Shown here: positions 60,017-64,000 of the stretch, one piece after another | Position numbering within the stretch: the stretch's first letter is position 1 | Layout: each line of letters begins with the position of its first letter | Assembly (NCBI GenBank): GCA_036505735.1 | Contig: DASXSZ010000203.1 | Span: 1,658-65,657 of the forward strand | From: Solirubrobacterales bacterium | Lineage (GTDB): Bacteria > Actinomycetota > Thermoleophilia > Solirubrobacterales > 70-9 | Length of the DNA stretch: 64,000 nucleotides | Reading direction: 5' to 3' | The notes under the pieces: model-generated | Told to the model about the DNA's origin: nothing | The model's input: only the letters and a program-made list of their open reading frames with translations | The model's database searches: none | Position numbers and translations under genes: made by a program

Positions 60017-60070
60017 GACGCGGCAAGGCTAGACCCTCGGCCGCGAACACCGGCCGACGGTTTGCGGCGG

Positions 60071-60715
60071 CTAGTGCGGCTTAGAGGGGTTCTTGTTGGC
60101 GAACTCGCAATGGTGCGGCTTCGGATCGATTCTGTCCCGGCGAACCATGTCACCGTGGCCATCACCGCACGAGATGAAGGTGTCCCTGAGCCCATCCAGG
60201 GTCTGCAGGTTGTCCCGGCCGCGGCCGCCCTTGTAGGTATCCGCCCCGCCCCGTCCGCGCAGGGAATCCCGGTTGTTGTTGCCCTTCAGGATGTCGCCGC
60301 CGTTACCGCCCATCAGGTTGTCATTGCCGCGGCCGCCGATCATCAGGGCGCCGACGGGGACGGTCTCGGCCACCTGCGCGGTGTCGTCGCGGTCGCGCAC
60401 GTCGATGATCAGGCTGCCGACGAATTCCTGCCGGCACGACGCCACGCCGTTGAAGAACTCGCAGGGACCGCCGCTGATCGAGATCGGGTTGGCGTCGGCA
60501 TCCTTGAAGGTGTACACAGGCACGCTGCCGCCGAAGAACGTTGCGGTATCGACCAGGACGTCGTTCTTCTCACCCTGGTTCGCGACGTAGGTGATGATGC
60601 CGCCGGAGCTGGAGAGGACCCCGGCATGGGCACTACCGGCGCTCATCATCAGGACGCCAATTGCCCCGAGTGCCACCGCGATCCGTCGCGCCCCCCTGAA
60701 GGATCTCCTATTCAC
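60071..60715 (-). CDS. secreted calcium-binding protein with RTX-type nonapeptide repeats
   Basis: Preferred start GTG 60715 gives MNRRSFRGARRIAVALGAIGVLMMSAGSAHA, a signal peptide with a Tat-like RR. The ORF track extends to 60781, but those codons are A/T-ending. Five GGxGxDxLx repeats. Confidence 0.7.
   Translation of the reverse strand: MNRRSFRGARRIAVALGAIGVLMMSAGSAHAGVLSSSGGIITYVANQGEKNDVLVDTATFFGGSVPVYTFKDADANPISISGGPCEFFNGVASCRQEFVGSLIIDVRDRDDTAQVAETVPVGALMIGGRGNDNLMGGNGGDILKGNNNRDSLRGRGGADTYKGGRGRDNLQTLDGLRDTFISCGDGHGDMVRRDRIDPKPHHCEFANKNPSKPH
60203..60337 (-). repeat. five tandem RTX nonapeptide-coding units
   Basis: GGRGNDNLM GGNGGDILK GNNNRDSLR GRGGADTYK GGRGRDNLQ. Confidence 0.8.
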
Positions 60716-60792
60716 AAGGATCGTGATTCTGCCACTTTTCGCGGGATTCTCCCGCAAATTGGGGAGATTGAAAGATCTCACCCAGATCCCGA

Positions 60793-61263
60793 CTAATAGA
60801 TCCCCCCGAGCTTGCGATGGTCCCAGCTCGCGACTCGCTTGGGGCGGAAGCGGATCGCGACCCGCTTGGGCGCCTGCGCGAGGAGGCCCGCGGCCGCATC
60901 TCCCTCGACCGAGTCGATCCCCTCGCTGTAGCGGATGGTGAGCTCCTTCGCGAAGTCGACGATCCGCTCGGTGTCGCGGATCAGCTCGGCCTCGGCCTCG
61001 ATCTGGATGCCGCGCAGCTCTGAATACTCGACCCCCGTCTCGATCAACAGGGTCGCGCGCGGATCGCGCTCCAGGTTCCTCACCTTCTGCGACTTGGCGT
61101 AGGTCCAGATCCAGATTTCCCCATCCCGCGGGACGTACCAGAGCGGCATCACGTGCGGCCAGCCGCGGGGACCGAGCGAGGAGACGACCACGATCCTCTC
61201 GCGATCGATCAGCTCACGCTGCTCCTCGTCGGAGAGCTTGATCAGGTCCCGCCGCGAGGGCAT
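60793..61263 (-). CDS. pyridoxamine 5'-phosphate oxidase-like (PPOX/split-barrel flavin or F420) family protein
   Basis: 156 aa from ATG 61263. VVVSSLGPRGWPHVMPLWYV...WIWTYAKSQKVRNLERDPRATLLIE is typical of PNPOx-like proteins. The start shares one base with the upstream stop (TGATG). Confidence 0.8.
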   Translation of the reverse strand: MPSRRDLIKLSDEEQRELIDRERIVVVSSLGPRGWPHVMPLWYVPRDGEIWIWTYAKSQKVRNLERDPRATLLIETGVEYSELRGIQIEAEAELIRDTERIVDFAKELTIRYSEGIDSVEGDAAAGLLAQAPKRVAIRFRPKRVASWDHRKLGGIY

Positions 61264-63668
61264 CAGCCGCCGGCAACGCCGTCCGCCGGTGCCACGACGA
61301 GGGTCTCGAAGGGCTCCTCTCCCCGCATCGGCTGCACTGCGCCCCCCTCCCAGCGCGGCTGCAGGTCGTCGTAGTGGCGGCTCCAGGCGTGGCCGGACTG
61401 GCCGGTGAACGCCTGCCATCCGGAGCGGTCCGGCGCAGAGGGATCGGCCACCATCCGCCAGCTCGGCGCCCAGATTGCGTGGTAGGGGTCGTTGGGGTTG
61501 TAGGCGATCTGGGCGATCGTCTCCTGCGCGCCACCGGGATGGAGCGTCCGGTTGAAGACCCAGTCCGCGATCGGATGTCCGGCGCCGAGCGCATGCGGGA
61601 ATTCGAGCGCGTGGACCTGGCCCCAGCGCCACTGCTCGGGATCCGGACCGAAGCGGTCCTCGAGGTCGTCGAGCGCGCCGCGGAGCGCCTCGAGGACAAG
61701 CTCGTCCCAGGAGCCGCCGATCAGCTCCTCATCGGCGTCCTCCCACAGATCCAACAGGTGGGCGTGCCAGCGCCAGGGCGAGGTGACGTGGGCGATGAAC
61801 CCGTTGTCCGCGCGGTCCAGGTAGCGCTCGGCGAGGTCGCGGTCGCCGATCGCCGCCCTGGTGAACTCTCGCGCGAGGCGAAGCAGGAAGGCCTGATAGA
61901 TCGTCCCGGCGACCGTCCGCGGGCCGAGCCGGCGGTCCCAGCTCTTCAGCCTCTCGACCGCTCGGACCTCGCGCTGGCTCGTCGGCTCGAGCCGCGCCAG
62001 GCGATGCACGACCTCGTCGCCCGGGATCGAGTAGAGGTCGGTCTGCATGCGCCGGAAGCTGTCCAGGTCGTGCTCCTCGGTCTCGCCGATCAGGTGCTCG
62101 ATCCGCGCCGCCCGGTAGCCGTCGAGCCAGTCGCTGGTGATGTGGTGGGGGTAGGAGTCATCGACCACCCGGTTGTTGGCCGTGACGATGAAGCCCTGCT
62201 CCGGGTCGGTGAGCTCGGGGAGCTCCTCGAAGGGGATCCAGCCGTCCCACTCGAACTCGCCGGTCCAGCCCGGCTTGGGCAGGTCGGGGCAGTCGCCCTT
62301 TCGCATGGGGATGCTGCCCACCATCTTGTAGCCGATCGATCCGTGCCGGTCGGCCCAGACGAGGTTCGAGACGGGCATCGTCAGCGTGCGAAGCAGCTCC
62401 AGCAGCTCCGGTCCACTGCGCGGCTCCAGTACCCCGACGTGGGCATGGGTGACCGAGGGCTCGTCCAGCGCCGCCCAGCGAAGCGCAAGCGGCTGCTCAT
62501 CGTCGGCGCCGAGCGCCTGGTTGACGATCGGGCCGTGGTGGGTGATCCGCACCTCGAGGCGCTCGGCCTGATCCCGGCCGCGGACGGTGATCAGCTCCTC
62601 GAGGATCTCGAGGGGCCGCTGCTCACCCCGGTACTCGTAGCTCTCGTCCTCGATCCGCTCAACGAACAGGTCCTCGACGTCGGCCATCACGTTGGTGAAG
62701 GCGAAGGCGACGTCGTCGTTCTGGCCGAGGGAGATGCCGGGCAGCCCTGGGATCGAGGCTCCCCGGCAGCTCCGGCCGTCGAGCTCGAGCCCGACCTCGT
62801 ACCAGACCCCGGGCATCCCGCTGGGCAGGTGCGGGTCGCCGGCGAGCAGGGCGCCTCGGGTGGCCGAGCGGTCGGGGCTGACCGCCCAGTTGTTCGACCC
62901 GCTCGAGGCGGCGGCCAGGCCGATCTGCTCGCGTACCCGGCCGATCTGCTCGGCGAGCGCGAGCCCGTCCCCCTCGAAGCCGTGGCCGGGCCGGAGCACC
63001 ACCGGATTGCCCTTCGGGTAGGTCGGGTCGATCCGCACCGCGCGCTCCTCACCCAGCTCCCGGACCAGGTCAGCCCGCAGGAGCTCGCGCTCCCAGTTGG
63101 TCGAGAGCCCGAAGGAGAGCAGCTTGCCGCCGGCGAGCATGTCCGCGGGGCGCCAGGGCTCGAACTCCAGCCGCAGCAGCTGGAGCTCCGCCGGCGGAGC
63201 GGAAGCTACGCGCGCCGCCTCGTTGAGCCCCGCGCAGTAGGCATCGAGCAGAGGGCGAAGGTCTGAGTCGAGCTCGGCCTCCTCGCGCAGTGCGGCCCGG
63301 CGGAGCCCGAGGGTTCGCATCAGCCGGTCCGCGGCGAGACCGGCGTCCCCGGCGATCTCGGCGATCCGGCCCGAGGACATCCGTCGCTGGACGTCGCACT
63401 GCCAGAGCCGGTCCTGGCCGTGGCAGAAGCCCTGTCCGAACCAGAGGTCCGCAGCGCTCCGTGCCCTGACGGTGGGCATTCCCCAGCGATCGCGGATGAT
63501 CTCGATCCGGTCCTCGAGCCCGCGGACCGTGAGCTCGCCCGAGGTGCGAGGCAGGGGACGGCGGAAGAGCTGCCACCAGAGCCCGGCGGCGGTCGCGCCG
63601 AAGAGCGCGGTTCCGACTCCCATGCCCTTGGCTCCGCCGCGCACGAAGCGGCCTAGATCCATGCCCAT
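61263..63668 (-). CDS. penicillin acylase family Ntn-hydrolase (peptidase S45)
   Basis: 801 aa. RDRWGMPTVRA, GQGFCHGQDRLWQ and the autoprocessing site ...SSGSNNWAVSP (Ser nucleophile). N-terminal hydrophobic anchor. Confidence 0.9.
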   Translation of the reverse strand: MGMDLGRFVRGGAKGMGVGTALFGATAAGLWWQLFRRPLPRTSGELTVRGLEDRIEIIRDRWGMPTVRARSAADLWFGQGFCHGQDRLWQCDVQRRMSSGRIAEIAGDAGLAADRLMRTLGLRRAALREEAELDSDLRPLLDAYCAGLNEAARVASAPPAELQLLRLEFEPWRPADMLAGGKLLSFGLSTNWERELLRADLVRELGEERAVRIDPTYPKGNPVVLRPGHGFEGDGLALAEQIGRVREQIGLAAASSGSNNWAVSPDRSATRGALLAGDPHLPSGMPGVWYEVGLELDGRSCRGASIPGLPGISLGQNDDVAFAFTNVMADVEDLFVERIEDESYEYRGEQRPLEILEELITVRGRDQAERLEVRITHHGPIVNQALGADDEQPLALRWAALDEPSVTHAHVGVLEPRSGPELLELLRTLTMPVSNLVWADRHGSIGYKMVGSIPMRKGDCPDLPKPGWTGEFEWDGWIPFEELPELTDPEQGFIVTANNRVVDDSYPHHITSDWLDGYRAARIEHLIGETEEHDLDSFRRMQTDLYSIPGDEVVHRLARLEPTSQREVRAVERLKSWDRRLGPRTVAGTIYQAFLLRLAREFTRAAIGDRDLAERYLDRADNGFIAHVTSPWRWHAHLLDLWEDADEELIGGSWDELVLEALRGALDDLEDRFGPDPEQWRWGQVHALEFPHALGAGHPIADWVFNRTLHPGGAQETIAQIAYNPNDPYHAIWAPSWRMVADPSAPDRSGWQAFTGQSGHAWSRHYDDLQPRWEGGAVQPMRGEEPFETLVVAPADGVAGG

Positions 63669-63701
63669 CGGACCTTCATACCAGGGGCGGGACCGCGGCG
63701 G

Positions 63702-64000
63702 TCAGTCACGAAGGTCGGAGGGGAGACGCCCCTCGTCCGCGAGCTTCTCGAGATGAGCCTGCATCGCGACCGCGGCGGCGCCGCGGAGCTGCTCCGGGAC
63801 GTCGTCCCAGACCTCCGCGAGCAGGGCGGCTGTGGAGCGCTCGCCCCGATCGAGCGCCGCCACCAGCCGATCCTCGCGCTCCTGGCGGTGGGCGATGTAC
63901 TCGGCGATCTTCGCCTGCGGGTCATCGACCTGCGGGCCGTGCCCCGGGTAGAGCACGTTGAGGTCGAGCAGCTGGAGCTTCCTCAGCGACTCCATGTAGT
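63702..64000 (-). CDS. MBL-fold metallo-hydrolase, C-terminal ~100 aa (5' end beyond the window), LACTB2-like winged-helix tail
   Basis: LYPGHGPQVDDP (last metal-ligand His region) followed by IAEYIAHRQEREDRLVAAL...MQAHLEKLADEGRL, resembling the beta-lactamase-associated winged-helix domain. Confidence 0.7.
   Translation of the reverse strand, partial: YMESLRKLQLLDLNVLYPGHGPQVDDPQAKIAEYIAHRQEREDRLVAALDRGERSTAALLAEVWDDVPEQLRGAAAVAMQAHLEKLADEGRLPSDLRD

Noticed and set aside
61263-64000. MBL-fold protein plus acylase as a lactonase-plus-acylase quorum-quenching pair.
   Set aside because: The visible C-terminus of the MBL protein carries a LACTB2-type winged-helix tail, not an AiiA-like end. 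The N-terminal catalytic part lies outside the window, so the idea is unsupported.

Overview
This is a very GC-rich, gene-dense chromosomal core segment. Codon third positions are almost all G/C, judged by eye and not computed. The gene content looks actinobacterial: an Lhr-Nei pair, an MMPL transporter, a PAC2 protein, DUF3107 and DUF2342 families, Ppm1, and many 4-nt ATGA/GTGA/TTGA gene overlaps. A deep-branching high-GC lineage such as Thermoleophilia or Rubrobacteria is only a guess and cannot be verified here. All family calls come from motif recognition by eye; no database search was possible.

I can support about 62 protein-coding genes, mostly housekeeping:
- Core functions: ychF, ileS, trxA, groES-groEL with a CIRCE-like operator, fumC, methylmalonyl-CoA epimerase and a 7Fe ferredoxin.
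- Envelope and sugar metabolism: an rmlACBD-type dTDP-rhamnose operon, Ppm1, OtsB and a Mrp/ApbC ATPase.
- DNA metabolism: PolX, an Lhr helicase with a Nei glycosylase, and a UvrD-plus-RecB-nuclease protein.
- Regulator/efflux pairs: TetR-MFS, SMR-TetR and MarR-MMPL.
- Other: two PIMT paralogues and a penicillin-acylase-family gene.

I saw no rRNA, tRNA, CRISPR array, transposase, integrase, phage gene or recognisable defence system, and no clear accessory island. I therefore cannot point to one obviously novel system. The many long ORFs antisense to recognised genes are mirror ORFs typical of high-GC DNA.

The candidates most worth a second look are:
1. A co-directional lhr-nei-crp-pcm-ASCH-SRPBCC run of nucleic-acid and protein repair genes next to the chaperonin operon. 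Its Nei lacks the catalytic N-terminal proline, and an unannotated zinc-ribbon micro-ORF may lie upstream.
2. A stand-alone AdnA/AddB-like helicase-nuclease whose Walker-A lysine is arginine.
3. Tandem GAAC-N4-GTTC (SOS-box-like) sites in front of a coiled-coil protein that ends in four 8-residue repeats.
4. A TauE/SafE (TSUP) exporter encoded as two overlapping half-size genes.
5. Several clean operator palindromes and a perfect 21-bp tandem duplication spanning a stop codon.
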